From: Eimeria praecox
Lineage: Eukaryota
Reading direction: 5' to 3'
NCBI GenBank assembly: GCA_963920595.1
Contig: OY986946.1
Coordinates: 310,001 to 374,000 of the forward strand
DNA length: 64,000 nucleotides
The notes under the pieces are model-generated. The model was not told the origin of the DNA. It saw only the letters and a program-made list of their open reading frames with translations, and ran no database searches. Of the stretch, positions 51,501-64,000 are shown piece by piece (the first letter of the stretch is position 1; the number at the start of each line of letters is the position of its first letter). Position numbers and translations under genes: made by a program.

Positions 51501-54500
51501 CAAGAATCATAGGAAGACCTTGTACATTACCCAGAAAGCAAGAGCCCAACCTTGCTGCAGGAAAAAAATGGGCCTCCCAATATATCATTGCAACATACGG
51601 TCTGTGGCAGCGCATGCAAAACGCTCATCGGCTTTTGTATGTAAAGGACAGCACATGGAAGAGCTACAGCTAATCGATTGAAACCTTGCAAAACCCAGCA
51701 TTTGCAGACCCAACTTAGATGCGCCTCCGCGTTGACCGCCGCCATTTGCTATGGCTCTAAACACCTTAGCAGCCACAACCGGCATATTCTGATATCTTCT
51801 CCAGAACATCCAAAATCTGCCATTTCTTAGTCCCACACCTTTGCATACACCCTAAAGTGTCCTGCCACGGAGTGAGTCTTGCGCTTCATCCTTCGCCTTC
51901 ATTGGAGCTTCTACAAACGCATCAGCATAATACCAGCCTCTGTATCCTAAACACGTAATAAAAAACCCACCCTCAGCATCCACGGTGGTTCCCCAAAAAC
52001 GACAAGCGAGGCGACATGTGCTGCTCCCGTATACCTCACCACTTCTGCTAGCGAACTATGTTGCCTTCACATAGCCTGAACTGGCCCGTCCAACAAGGCC
52101 ACGGTCGAGACGCGCTCATGCCAAGAATCAAATGCCGACAATGCACCATTGCCTACAACCATATGAACTGCACTCAGCAGGTCGAACCACGGACGCACCT
52201 GCCCTCACCTCACTATCATTGCCTAAACATCAACAAGCTGCCTAATACGCAGTGCTCAGAGCCTCTGCCCACAGAGCCAGCCTACCGACTGCATCCAACA
52301 TTGCGTTGTCACAACGACGACGCGCTTCTTGTGCGCGTCCTCAAGAACATGCGATACTTGCACAAAACCTCGCAGTGCTCAAACACCTGCGTGTCAGCCT
52401 CGCATGCTCTCCCTACTCGTCCTCACTACAAGCTCCATGAATCCTGCGCAGCTCCACATATAGCTAAAATCCCGCAGCCTAAGCCGCGTCCACGACTTGC
52501 ACTGCCCAACTCAGAACTTGCTGAACCCGAGCCATACACAGAAATACACTTGCACAAAAGGCACAAACAATGCTGATAGGCTCGCCAAGAATCATAGGAA
52601 GACCTTGTACATTACCCAGAAAGCAAGAGCCCAACCTTGCTGCAGGAAAAAAATGGGCCTCCCAATATATCATTGCAACATACGGTCTGTGGCAGCGCAT
52701 GCAAAACGCTCATCGGCTTTTGTATGTAAAGGACAGCACATGGAAGAGCTACAGCTAATCGATTGAAACCTTGCAAAACCCAGCATTTGCAGACCCAACT
52801 TAGATGCGCCTCCGCGTTGACTGCCGCCATTTGCTATGGCTCTAGACACCTTAGCAGCCACAACCGGCATATTCTGATATCTTCTCCAGAACATCCAAAA
52901 TCTGCCATTTCTTAGTCCCACACCTCTGCATACACCCTAAAGTGTCCTGCCACGGAGTGAGTCTTGCGCTTCATCCGTCGCCTTCATTGGAGCTTCTACA
53001 AACGCATCAGCATAATACCAGCCTCTGTATCCTAAACACGTAATAAAAAACCCACCCTCAGCATCCACGGTGGTTCCCCAAAAGCGACAAGCGAGGCGAC
53101 ATGTGCTGCTCCCGTATACCTCACCACTTCTGCTAGCGAACTATGTTGCTTTCACATAGCCTGAACTGGCCCGTCCAACAAGGCCACGGTCGTGATGCGC
53201 TCATGCCAAGAATCAAATGCCGACAATGCACCATTGCCTACAACCATATGAACTGCACTCAGCAGGTCGAACCACGGACGCACCTGCCCTCACCTCACTA
53301 TCATTGCCTAAACATCAACAAGCTGCCTAATACGCAGTGCTCAGAGCCTCTGCCCACAGAGCCAGCCTACCGACTGCATCCAACATTGCGTTGTCACAAC
53401 GACGACGCGCTTCTTGTGCGCGTCCTCAAGAACATGCGATACTTGCACAAAACCTCGCAGTGCTCAAACACCTGCGTGTCAGCCTCGCATGCTCTCCCTA
53501 CTCGTCCTCACTACAAGCTCCATGAATCCTGCGCAGCTCCACATATAGCTAAAATCCCGCAGCCTAAGCCGCGTCCACGACTTGCACTGCCCAACTCAGA
53601 ACTTGCTGAACCCGAGCCATACACAGAAATACACTTGCACAAAAGGCACAAACAATGCTGATAGGCTCGCCAAGAATCATAGGAAGACCTTGTACATTAC
53701 CCAGAAAGCAAGAGCCCAACCTTGCTGCAGGAAAAAAATGGGCCTCCCAATATATCATTGCAACATACGGTCTGTGGCAGCGCATGCAAAACGCTCATCG
53801 GCTTTTGTATGTAAAGGACAGCACATGGAAGAGCTACAGCTAATCGATTGAAACCTTGCAAAACCCAGCATTTGCAGACCCAACTTAGATGCGCCTCCGC
53901 GTTGACTGCCGCCATTTGCTATGGCTCTAGACACCTTAGCAGCCACAACCGGCATATTCTGATATCTTCTCCAGAACATCCAAAATCTGCCATTTCTTAG
54001 TCCCACACCTCTGCATACACCCTAAAGTGTCCTGCCACGGAGTGAGTCTTGCGCTTCATCCGTCGCCTTCATTGGAGCTTCTACAAACGCATCAGCATAA
54101 TACCAGCCTCTGTATCCTAAACACGTAATAAAAAACCCACCCTCAGCATCCACGGTGGTTCCCCAAAAGCGACAAGCGAGGCGACATGTGCTGCTCCCGT
54201 ATACCTCACCACTTCTGCTAGCGAACTATGTTGCTTTCACATAGCCTGAACTGGCCCGTCCAACAAGGCCACGGTCGTGATGCGCTCATGCCAAGAATCA
54301 AATGCCGACAATGCACCATTGCCTACAACCATATGAACTGCACTCAGCAGGTCGAACCACGGACGCACCTGCCCTCACCTCACTATCATTGCCTAAACAT
54401 CAACAAGCTGCCTAATACGCAGTGCTCAGAGCCTCTGCCCACAGAGCCAGCCTACCGACTGCATCCAACATTGCGTTGTCACAACGACGACGCGCTTCTT

Positions 54501-57039
54501 GTGCGCGTCCTCAAGAACATGCGATACTTGCACAAAACCTCGCAGTGCTCAAACACCTGCGTGTCAGCCTCGCATGCTCTCCCTACTCGTCCTCACTACA
54601 AGCTCCATGAATCCTGCGCAGCTCCACATATAGCTAAAATCCCGCAGCCTAAGCCGCGTCCACGACTTGCACTGCCCAACTCAGAACTTGCTGAACCCGA
54701 GCCATACACAGAAATACACTTGCACAAAAGGCACAAACAATGCTGATAGGCTCGCCAAGAATCATAGGAAGACCTTGTACATTACCCAGAAAGCAAGAGC
54801 CCAACCTTGCTGCAGGAAAAAAATGGGCCTCCCAATATATCATTGCAACATACGGTCTGTGGCAGCGCATGCAAAACGCTCATCGGCTTTTGTATGTAAA
54901 GGACAGCACATGGAAGAGCTACAGCTAATCGATTGAAACCTTGCAAAACCCAGCATTTGCAGACCCAACTTAGATGCGCCTCCGCGTTGACTGCCGCCAT
55001 TTGCTATGGCTCTAGACACCTTAGCAGCCACAACCGGCATATTCTGATATCTTCTCCAGAACATCCAAAATCTGCCATTTCTTAGTCCCACACCTCTGCA
55101 TACACCCTAAAGTGTCCTGCCACGGAGTGAGTCTTGCGCTTCATCCGTCGCCTTCATTGGAGCTTCTACAAACGCATCAGCATAATACCAGCCTCTGTAT
55201 CCTAAACACGTAATAAAAAACCCACCCTCAGCATCCACGGTGGTTCCCCAAAAGCGACAAGCGAGGCGACATGTGCTGCTCCCGTATACCTCACCACTTC
55301 TGCTAGCGAACTATGTTGCTTTCACATAGCCTGAACTGGCCCGTCCAACAAGGCCACGGTCGTGATGCGCTCATGCCAAGAATCAAATGCCGACAATGCA
55401 CCATTGCCTACAACCATATGAACTGCACTCAGCAGGTCGAACCACGGACGCACCTGCCCTCACCTCACTATCATTGCCTAAACATCAACAAGCTGCCTAA
55501 TACGCAGTGCTCAGAGCCTCTGCCCACAGAGCCAGCCTACCGACTGCATCCAACATTGCGTTGTCACAACGACGACGCGCTTCTTGTGCGCGTCCTCAAG
55601 AACATGCGATACTTGCACAAAACCTCGCAGTGCTCAAACACCTGCGTGTCAGCCTCGCATGCTCTCCCTACTCGTCCTCACTACAAGCTCCATGAATCCT
55701 GCGCAGCTCCACATATAGCTAAAATCCCGCAGCCTAAGCCGCGTCCACGACTTGCACTGCCCAACTCAGAACTTGCTGAACCCGAGCCATACACAGAAAT
55801 ACACTTGCACAAAAGGCACAAACAATGCTGATAGGCTCGCCAAGAATCATAGGAAGACCTTGTACATTACCCAGAAAGCAAGAGCCCAACCTTGCTGCAG
55901 GAAAAAAATGGGCCTCCCAATATATCATTGCAACATACGGTCTGTGGCAGCGCATGCAAAACGCTCATCGGCTTTTGTATGTAAAGGACAGCACATGGAA
56001 GAGCTACAGCTAATCGATTGAAACCTTGCAAAACCCAGCATTTGCAGACCCAACTTAGATGCGCCTCCGCGTTGACCGCCGCCATTTGCTATGGCTCTAG
56101 ACACCTTAGCAGCCACAACCGGCATATTCTGATATCTTCTCCAGAACATCCAAAATCTGCCATTTCTTAGTCCCACACCTCTGCATACACCCTAAAGTGT
56201 CCTGCCACGGAGTGAGTCTTGCGCTTCATCCGTCGCCTTCATTGGAGCTTCTACAAACGCATCAGCATAATACCAGCCTCTGTATCCTAAACACGTAATA
56301 AAAAGCCCACCCTCAGCATCCACGGTGGTTCCCCGAAAGCGACAAGCGAGGCGACATGTGCTGCTCCCGTATACCTCACCACTTCTGCTAGCGAACTATG
56401 TTGCTTTCACATAGCCAGAACTGGCCCGTCCAACAAGGCCACGGTCGAGGCGCGCTCATGCCAAGAATCAAATGCCGACAATGCACCATTGCCTACAACC
56501 ATATGAACTGCACTCAGCAGGTCGAACCACGGACGCACCTGCCCTCACCTCACTATCATTGCCTAAACATCAACAAGCTGCCTAATACGCAGTGCTCAGA
56601 GCCTCTGCCCACAGAGCCAGCCTACCGACTGCATCCAACATTGCATTGTCACAACGACGACGCGCTTCTTGTGCGCGTCCTCAAGAACATGCGATACTTG
56701 CACAAAACCTCGCAGTGCTCAAACACCTGAGTGTCAGCCTCGCATGCTCTCCCTACTCGTCCTCACTACAAGCTCCATGAATCCTGCGCAGCTCCACATA
56801 TAGCTAAAATCCCGCAGCCTAAGCCGCGTCCACGACTTGCACTGCCCAACTCAGAACTTGCTGAACCCGAGCCATACACAGAAATACACTTGCACAAAAG
56901 GCACAAACAATGCTGATAGGCTCGCCAAGAGCCATAGGAAGACCTTGTGCATTACCCAGAAAGCAAGAGCCCAACCTTGCTGCAGGAAAAAAATGGGCCT
57001 CCCAATATATCATTGCAACATACGGTCTGTGGCAGCGCA
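48517..57039 (+). repeat. 1085-bp macrosatellite, ~7.9 head-to-tail copies
   Basis: A landmark recurs at 48803, 49888, 50973, 52058, 53143, 54228, 55313 and 56398 (exact 1085 period). Units are nearly identical. A ~65-bp diverged partial copy precedes the array at ~48446-48510. Confidence 0.99.
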
Positions 57040-60000
57040 GGCAATAGTGCCGAAGTTGCAAGTAACTGGGAAGAGAATGTTTACGACGCCATCGCCACTC
57101 GAAAGGTGGGCTTGGGCTCGCTACAAACGCGTGCCAACGCCTTTCCGGTTTCTCGTGCAGATAGTGTGAGCAACCTGCGGAAGCGAATATGCGGCCGTTC
57201 TGCAATCGCATCCAGGCCACTAATTACCCCCTGTATTTCTACTGAACGGCTGTTACAGCCTACCACCCGACGCGCCGGACCAGTGGGCACATTGTAGTTT
57301 CCGGTACCTCAACTGCCATGCGAGAGAGTACGCTTCTCCTACGCAAAATGTGTACGAGAAACGGAATGGCAGATTCATTCAGGCCTGCGCAGGCGATTCT
57401 GGCTGTTCAGTATGATCGCATGTTCTTTGATAATCAAGCAGGGAACAGGGCAAAAGCTATATCTCCGAATCCGTGTGACCAACGTACCCATTGTTATGAA
57501 ACACTATTCAAAGCAAATGCGTGAACGCTCCCTGAAATGTTTACGCCTAGGGTCAACCCAGGCAACCTAGGGCTTAGGAAGGTCTAACATCGATGCGCGC
57601 AACTGGCCAAGTTCCTTTTTCCTAACGCTTGTGCAGAGGTATTTTTATCTCCCATTCCTACGCAGACCGCAGGCTGCTACGTAGCACCCATTTGCACCGT
57701 TTCAAACAAAAGCTATATATGCATCAGCCCCTCCATCACCGTTCACCGTTGGCGCTCAAGCCATGCCGCGCGACGACGCGTTTCTACACGGATTGCGCGT
57801 TCAGTGCCAGGAAGCAACAGCACACAGGCGCACCCGCAACTCCTGATTTCAGTGGCGGCGTTCTTTAACGCATTACTGTAGCATTTTGTAACAAAGAATA
57901 GAGGGCTTCCGCGTACGAACAATACTAACTTGCCGCAACCGAAGGCTTGCAGTTTGCTGGCCACTGTGCACAGGCTTTCCAGAATTCTTTTCCAGCAGCT
58001 TCTCCCCCTTCTGCCGTACAAAGGTGCATGCGTCGAATTTTCATAGTACACCATCGCCAATTAACCGTAGCGCTGGTGCACTAACTTAACTCTGAATCGG
58101 CCTGTTTTTATTGTTACGTCGACTAATCATTGACTGACAGGTTGCACCTACTTTCGCGTCTTTGTTGAAAATGCACGATGCAGCCCCTGTGCGCCGACTG
58201 GGCTACATTAGGGCCCTAGTGGGTTTGCCGCACCCCTGAATTCCATCTATCGAGCCCTCAAAACCTTCGCTGGTGCCACCACGGCAGCCGCATTACTACT
58301 TGTCACTTGGCAAAGGCGCATTGCGTACATCCACTCCTGTGTACAATTTTTGCAAGGCGTTTGGTTGTAAGATACTTGTCACCTAAGTTCCCTGCTGCTG
58401 CAGGCACTTAACAGGTTCCAGACGCTCCCCCTATCGACGAAAGAATCCTAACGCTGCTCCTTAGAACCGATACCATGACATACTTTATTAATGGCCACGC
58501 AGCGCCACGCATTTGCTTCCCATTTGTTGTTATTAGAGAAGCAGCCGAATGCCATGCCAAACTTGATGTCGGCATCGGGATCTCCATTTCCTTCTCTGGA
58601 AGAGAAATAATGAGCAGAATTCACCTGTCTTGCTACAACCCTTATGCTTGAGGTCGCACCATACACCTAATAACGCTAGTAGAAAATGCATTCAGATCTT
58701 CTGTTCTAGCTCTAAGTTAGCGGCTGCCGTCGCACTTCATATCTCTTTGCCCAGAATGATACGCCGCTGCCCTCAGCGCAGATTTGCATGCGCCAGGCAG
58801 CTTCTGTCTTGCCGCCTGGCCTGGAACTCACATCCTGCAATACCAAAATGCTGCAAACCGTATATGCTGTGTAGGCATGTGCAGGCCAGATTCAGCGCTC
58901 AGCCATGATCCAAATTCTGCAGGTGTAAGCTGCCACGCGCTCATGGCTTGCCTGAGTACGTCCTAGTGGGGATCACTACGGTAAGAACCAGCCATCGTCC
59001 TAAGGAAGCATTTGCTTGCCCTCGCATAGGCTTCTACGCACGTGTTGGGAGCCACAAAGTTGTCCCTGAAGCCAAACCACAGCACGCAAGTATTTCGAAT
59101 AATACAGCCTTGGAGAGAAGGCAAAACTTTGACGCATCCCGAACACTACCCTAATCCAGCACATAGTTTGCATACGCATAACACCACGCTTATTATGGCC
59201 GCCATGCTATGAGTGCCGACTTACATCATTACATTCACCCTGTTTGCAGCACACCTTGAATGAGAATAGTGCTGCGAAAGCCAGTCGCTTGACAGGCGTG
59301 TGCAGGGTAGGCGCCACCTGTGCACGCCTTGACCCCCGCTAAAATCCAACAGCCAACTACTGCTCCCGCATATGCATGCGCTCACCGCCATTTATACGGA
59401 CTTGTTGGCAGACTTGCACCAGCTGAAATCAACCGAGGCCAATGTGTTCTACTGCACGCACTTCCTGAGGCATTCGAAAACTCTTACTAATGCAATGTGG
59501 ATAAGAGCGCTAGTGGTACTGCAGCCTTTCTTGTTCTTGCAACCATGCATTGTTTCCTATCTTGCTGTACAAACTTGCGATGCAGCAACGATGAGGATCG
59601 AAAGGAGTTAGTGTCTAAAGCGAGGGCTCTGAAGCACACGGGTTATTGCCGCTTCCTGCGCGGGAACTGGCGGCGTGTCCCATTGTTGGCTTAACGCGCC
59701 AGGGGCAGGAAGCTGTTCCATTGCAATTCTCTGGCGCACTTCCTGAATCAGGACAAGGGCCCCACGTGGCCAGAGATAAGCCAAACGAGACCATTTGGTA
59801 TGTGAGCTTCGTCGTAGTCTCCTGACTGAGCGGTAAGTTCAATGCACGAATTGTGACCCACAGCTGCCCATCCGGCGCCTGCTCAACCTTACGTCTACAC
59901 TCACGAAGGCAGCAAGTACGCCTGCAAACAATCCTGGTGTTGTTATCAGTGCGGCTGCTCCCGCGTCAAGACAGCTGAGACACAGGGTACCGTCAAGCTG

Positions 60001-62495
60001 ATGAAAAAGTCGGTTGTTCTTGACGCAGTAATGTCACAACGCAGATTTGTTGCACCAAGCACATCTATCACAATCTAATGCTCTTCGCATAGCGCCGTTA
60101 GGAACGCTGTAGGCCGACGCAGAGATGGGCCTCTTTGCTGCTTCATAGGTGCACGATGAAAAACAGCAGAAGTGCTCAAGCGTTTGCGCAGCAGCAAGTG
60201 GAGCAGGAGCAGTGCCGTGTACAAATACGACGGCAAGCAGACATGCCTATTTACTCTGTTTCTGATAACCTCAGCACATAGCGTCCTCTCATGTTGAGAT
60301 TGTCAGCAATGGGTAAGATGAACCTAAGCGCGGATACGGGATCTACGTTTTGCAGCGGATTGGCATTTAATAGTACCCCCCGGAGGTCGCTCTGAAGGCC
60401 AGTTAGTCGATAGTTCGGTACATGCCACTCCTTCTGCAAAACAGGCGAGCTGGCACACAAGCCTGCGCTCGTAGGGCTAAATGCCGCAAAAGAATTGGTG
60501 TCCCAGCTGGAGGATGCTGGGGATGTTGAGCTAGGTTAGCAGGTCAGGCATTCCTGAATAATTTGCGCATACTCGGCAAAAATTTGACGTCAAAACGCTA
60601 AAGCACGCTAGAGTAGGATGGGTGAGTGGCTACGGCTACAGCACCCATGCACAAGGCACGCAAATAGCTGGAGGTGCATCCTTTTAAACCAGTTGGCGGC
60701 TCTGCTTCGGCTGGACATCTCGACGAATTCTCCATTACCTTAGATGCGGGATCGTACTTCGTTCTACGAGCACAAACTCCATTGATGCCTTCCAAATGAT
60801 TCTCAAAAGTTCACCCTCCCTGCAGTGGGTACTGCGTGCCATCAGCGTAATGCCGTTCAATACAACGTGCAATCATATTTTGAGGAACCGTTGTTAACAA
60901 TCCCGCGGAGGACCCCAAACAAAGAGCGTCCTATGTAAAACAGGGCAAATGCCCACCCGCGCTCAAAAGGCCTCCCCCAAGTAGTGAAACTAGGCCTTTT
61001 ACAGCAAATAGTCGACCACTGCAGGCAGCCCCCAAACGCTACGTATTTTTAATGCCGTCCTGGGAAGTCACTTGAACTTCTAATGCTCACCTGTTCCTTT
61101 TAATGCATACGTTCAATGCGTATGAAAGCGTGTTCATCTGCCTGGCCCACTAGTTGGTAGCTCTCCCGGTTCCCCACGCATGTGTCTAGCAACATGAATC
61201 CAGCACGAACCATTCGAATAGGTCTGCGTGACGCACAAAAGTGCGGCTGTCAAAGACTCCAAGTGCTTTGTTCTTTCTTCATGCAGTTATCACTGCCATG
61301 AGCAGAGCGAGACTAGAGGAACTGGCCCCTTCTGCGCTTCGGGACCACGCATATATCCGACAAGCTGACGGCAGCTATTAACGGCATATGGCATCTTTAC
61401 CCCAACGGGGATGCTGTGCTGGCGCTGTGCTGATGCTGTGCTGAAACCGCACCTGCGAGCTCGCAAAGTCCATTATCCCTGCAGATGGTGCAAGCAATAT
61501 GATCAATCACAACTGGAAAAGTAGCAGACCACTAAACCATATTAGTTCCTCCTGCTTGAAGAACCCATGACAAGCACTTTCCTTTGATAGCGCTGCCCGA
61601 TACGCGCGGCCTGTTGCATCTAAAAATAGCACCTGTGGAGCGCCTGTGCGCTGGATTACCGAAGGGGGGAAGTATACTGGGTCTCCACTGACGGCTAAAG
61701 CCAGCAAGAATGCGCACAAACCGAGAGCACAACCTCACACGAGAGGATTCGAACTGTATGCTCAATGCTTGGAGGCAGCATGCCAGATACGTCAAGAAGG
61801 CCGACTCGTCAGCGATGGGCAAGACCCCAAGCTAACTTTTGTACGAAGAATGCATTCCGGAAAAGCAGCTATTTACAAGCGTAAGCTCTGGGGCGGATGC
61901 CTCTGTCATGGATTTAGCAAACACCAAGTTAACCGGGCCCAAATGTGCTATGCCGACCTTTCTTCAGAGTAGTGTAGGTACAATATAGAAGGCAACGACG
62001 AAATATACCAAGCGTCTCAGGAAGTACAGCTAAACAGTCCTGATTCCCCGCGCAAAGATATTTTTATTGGAATATTTGCCTCACGCTAGAGAGCCTACTG
62101 AGCCCTTCCCACCGTCGCTTACGCGACCACGTGCAACAGCCTGCAACGGCAATATCACCCTGCACACGCCGGAAAAGGCTGCAGTACGATGGTGCCTTTG
62201 CTTCCCGGGAAACAACTCACTAGCCATTCACCACAACGACTCAACAGCCTCCTGCTAGAGAAGCTTTCGCCTTTTGAGTGTAGGTCTCTACAGTGAAGCA
62301 TCTCACACGTGGGGAGATTTCTCTGTTACCACAGACTCCCGAGATAAGGCGCAGTTCCTGTTTTCCCCTCGAATATTTCGGTCGCCCACTTGCCAGATGC
62401 CCGCGGATGTACCATTAGCTCAGCGTGCATCTACACTTTCCCTGTCCCTTTCTGTACGTGGCATACACATCAAGCTTCGGCTGGCCAAGACCTAC

Positions 62496-62813
62496 GGTGC
62501 ATAAGCCTGAATCTTCCTCCGCAAGCCTTCGCTTATTCACTCCATAGAAGCTCGGTCGGTTGGCCGCCTGGTCGGCTTGGAGAACCTTGACGCAGTGAAG
62601 GACTAGAAACATTGTAGCGAGTGTTGCGGCCAGTACGGTTACCGCTACGAGAGGCGATCTTCTGCGCCTCCTGTAAGAACTCAGGCCATTTTGTTGGAAA
62701 ATGAGATCGGGGCTTGAAATAGGATTGGTCGGTTCGGTCGGTATATGAGCGGCCTCATTCACTTCTACTAGAAGTGCCATAGAGGCAGCGAAAAGTAGTT
62801 TGAAAGAGCGCAT
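62496..62813 (-). pseudogene. Likely first exon of an Eimeria-type TM/RRL-motif secreted-protein family gene; no intact downstream exon found
   Basis: ATG at 62813 (or 62780). Basic run RRRRR, hydrophobic PLVAVTVLAATLATMFLVLHC, then NKRRLAEEDSGLCT, ending at a GTAGGT donor (62495). Candidate TGCAG acceptors at ~62160 and ~62141 run into stops within ~20-30 codons. Confidence 0.55.
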
Positions 62814-64000
62814 TTCACGGGGGTTGTAGTAAAGAGTTAGCAATAGAATTAAAAGGAGCCACCTGAAAATTTCAAAGTAGACGTGGTAATGGTGTTCCTT
62901 AAGAGCTTGAGGCCGCTCACCTCTTGACCTACTCTGTGGTGGCCTGGCATGTACGCAGGATACTGCAATGGCCTACCCACCCGGCGCAGGTCCAACTCAA
63001 CTCTTCTTCTGTAGATGCAAAAGCCATGCATATTCTCTTACTATTTGAGAATACACTTACCCTTTACCATGACGCTATGTGCGATATGTAAAGTGTGCAT
63101 TCTGTGCTGCCAACTGCCTCAGAATCTATCGAAGATCGGGCGCGAGGGCATGTGTGGGTGGTCAGCTGGCTTCTGCAGAACTCTAACGAGCATAAGAGGC
63201 GAAATAGATTATTTATTCTTAAATAAAAATCCTATTATTCAGGTTTCGTGTGCCCTTGGATCCTGTGAGTTCTCGTAGCCGGAGCTTCGCCCGTGTGTCG
63301 AGGCTCGTCGAACTGAGCGGGGGAGGACCTTCTTTATTTTCGCTGGAGACAGACGTGAATTGATAGTTTCACAACCCACACTTGAATTTTCCCCCAAGCT
63401 TTCAGGCGGCCTGTTCACAGTGCCACAAGGGTCTGGGGTATGAGCATAGAGGGCTACGGCTTGGCGACGGTGAGGATGAGGGTTGTTGGTCATTGTTGTG
63501 GGTCGCTCTGACGTGGAACCGAGCCGCTGGCATAAGAAAAGAGTTATCGAAAAGCAGAGAACGCCCTCCTCCAGTCCTCAAGAAACCCTCTAGACAGTGG
63601 GATTGGGGCAGGTGCAAGGAGGAGGCTGTAGGGAGTATTTTCAGTCGTAGCTGAGAACCGTCGCGAGCTCCAATAATCAAAAGCATCCCCAAAAGCAGCT
63701 GACACTCTCCCTTGCTTCCGGAATTCTTGAGCTTATTGGCTTAAGGACCTGGGGCTCTTGTGGAGTCGTACCGGCCCGTGCGAAGCTACAAAGTAACTTG
63801 CCGCAGCTAGTTCTGCAAGGCAGCTTCAAACGCACGCAGAACAAATTCGCTCATTTCCTGCAGGCTCTAACACAATAGAATGTACCTCAGGCATTCTTTA
63901 AGCACTCATTTGCCCCTCTACAGATAGCCTGCGAACGCCTAAGGAGACGAGGCCCTAAACCACACAAGCGTGTATCCGTCCCAACTCAACCCCACGAGGC

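Noticed and set aside
48803..56916. 172-aa plus-strand ORF in the 1085 unit
   Set aside because: Broken by stops in units 1, 3 and 8, no recognisable domain, and antisense to the frame carrying the conserved family motifs.
18701..57039. Arrays as 5S rRNA, tRNA, snRNA or CRISPR repeats
   Set aside because: No recognisable 5S, tRNA or snRNA sequence in either unit by eye, and no repeat-spacer structure. A covariance-model scan would be needed to exclude this fully.
61745..61754. GTTCGAATCC (minus strand), a tRNA T-loop/B-box-like word
   Set aside because: Flanks do not form a T-stem or cloverleaf.
57040..62400. Short ORFs right of the 1085 array (e.g. 57743, 58448, 60251, 61507)
   Set aside because: All are short with no motif I can support. 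They could be decayed downstream exons of the 62.5-kb gene, but this cannot be shown by eye.

Overview
Eukaryotic, gene-poor, repeat-dominated window. It is most likely from an Eimeria-type coccidian; this is an inference from scattered TGCATGCA octamers, TGCAG/GT splice-type signals and a TM + RRLAE first exon at 62.5-62.8 kb. No intact full-length gene is evident. Left to right: a possible decayed Ty3/gypsy integrase remnant (0.5-1.3 kb); a 5.1-kb compound AT satellite stepping through 8-, 7- and 6-bp periods (3771-8879); a 971-bp macrosatellite of ~23.8 copies (18701-41670); a 1085-bp macrosatellite of ~7.9 copies (48517-57039). Each macrosatellite is preceded by one copy of a ~4.3-kb near-identical direct duplication (offset ~28.83 kb). 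Main observation: the apparently unique DNA and both macrosatellites belong to one ancient ~0.9-1.1-kb repeat family, marked by the same-strand 12-mer GCATACT(G/T)GCTG and its variants. Read on the minus strand, the units keep a degenerate Cys-motif series (NL..L / GC / hhhCxxQP / E.F.AII / D.S.C....LAR / HWK) resembling tandem Eimeria SAG surface-antigen domains. The working model is a decayed multi-domain SAG-like locus in which two single-domain units were independently amplified into satellites. The SAG assignment is by-eye motif matching and needs an HMM/BLAST test.
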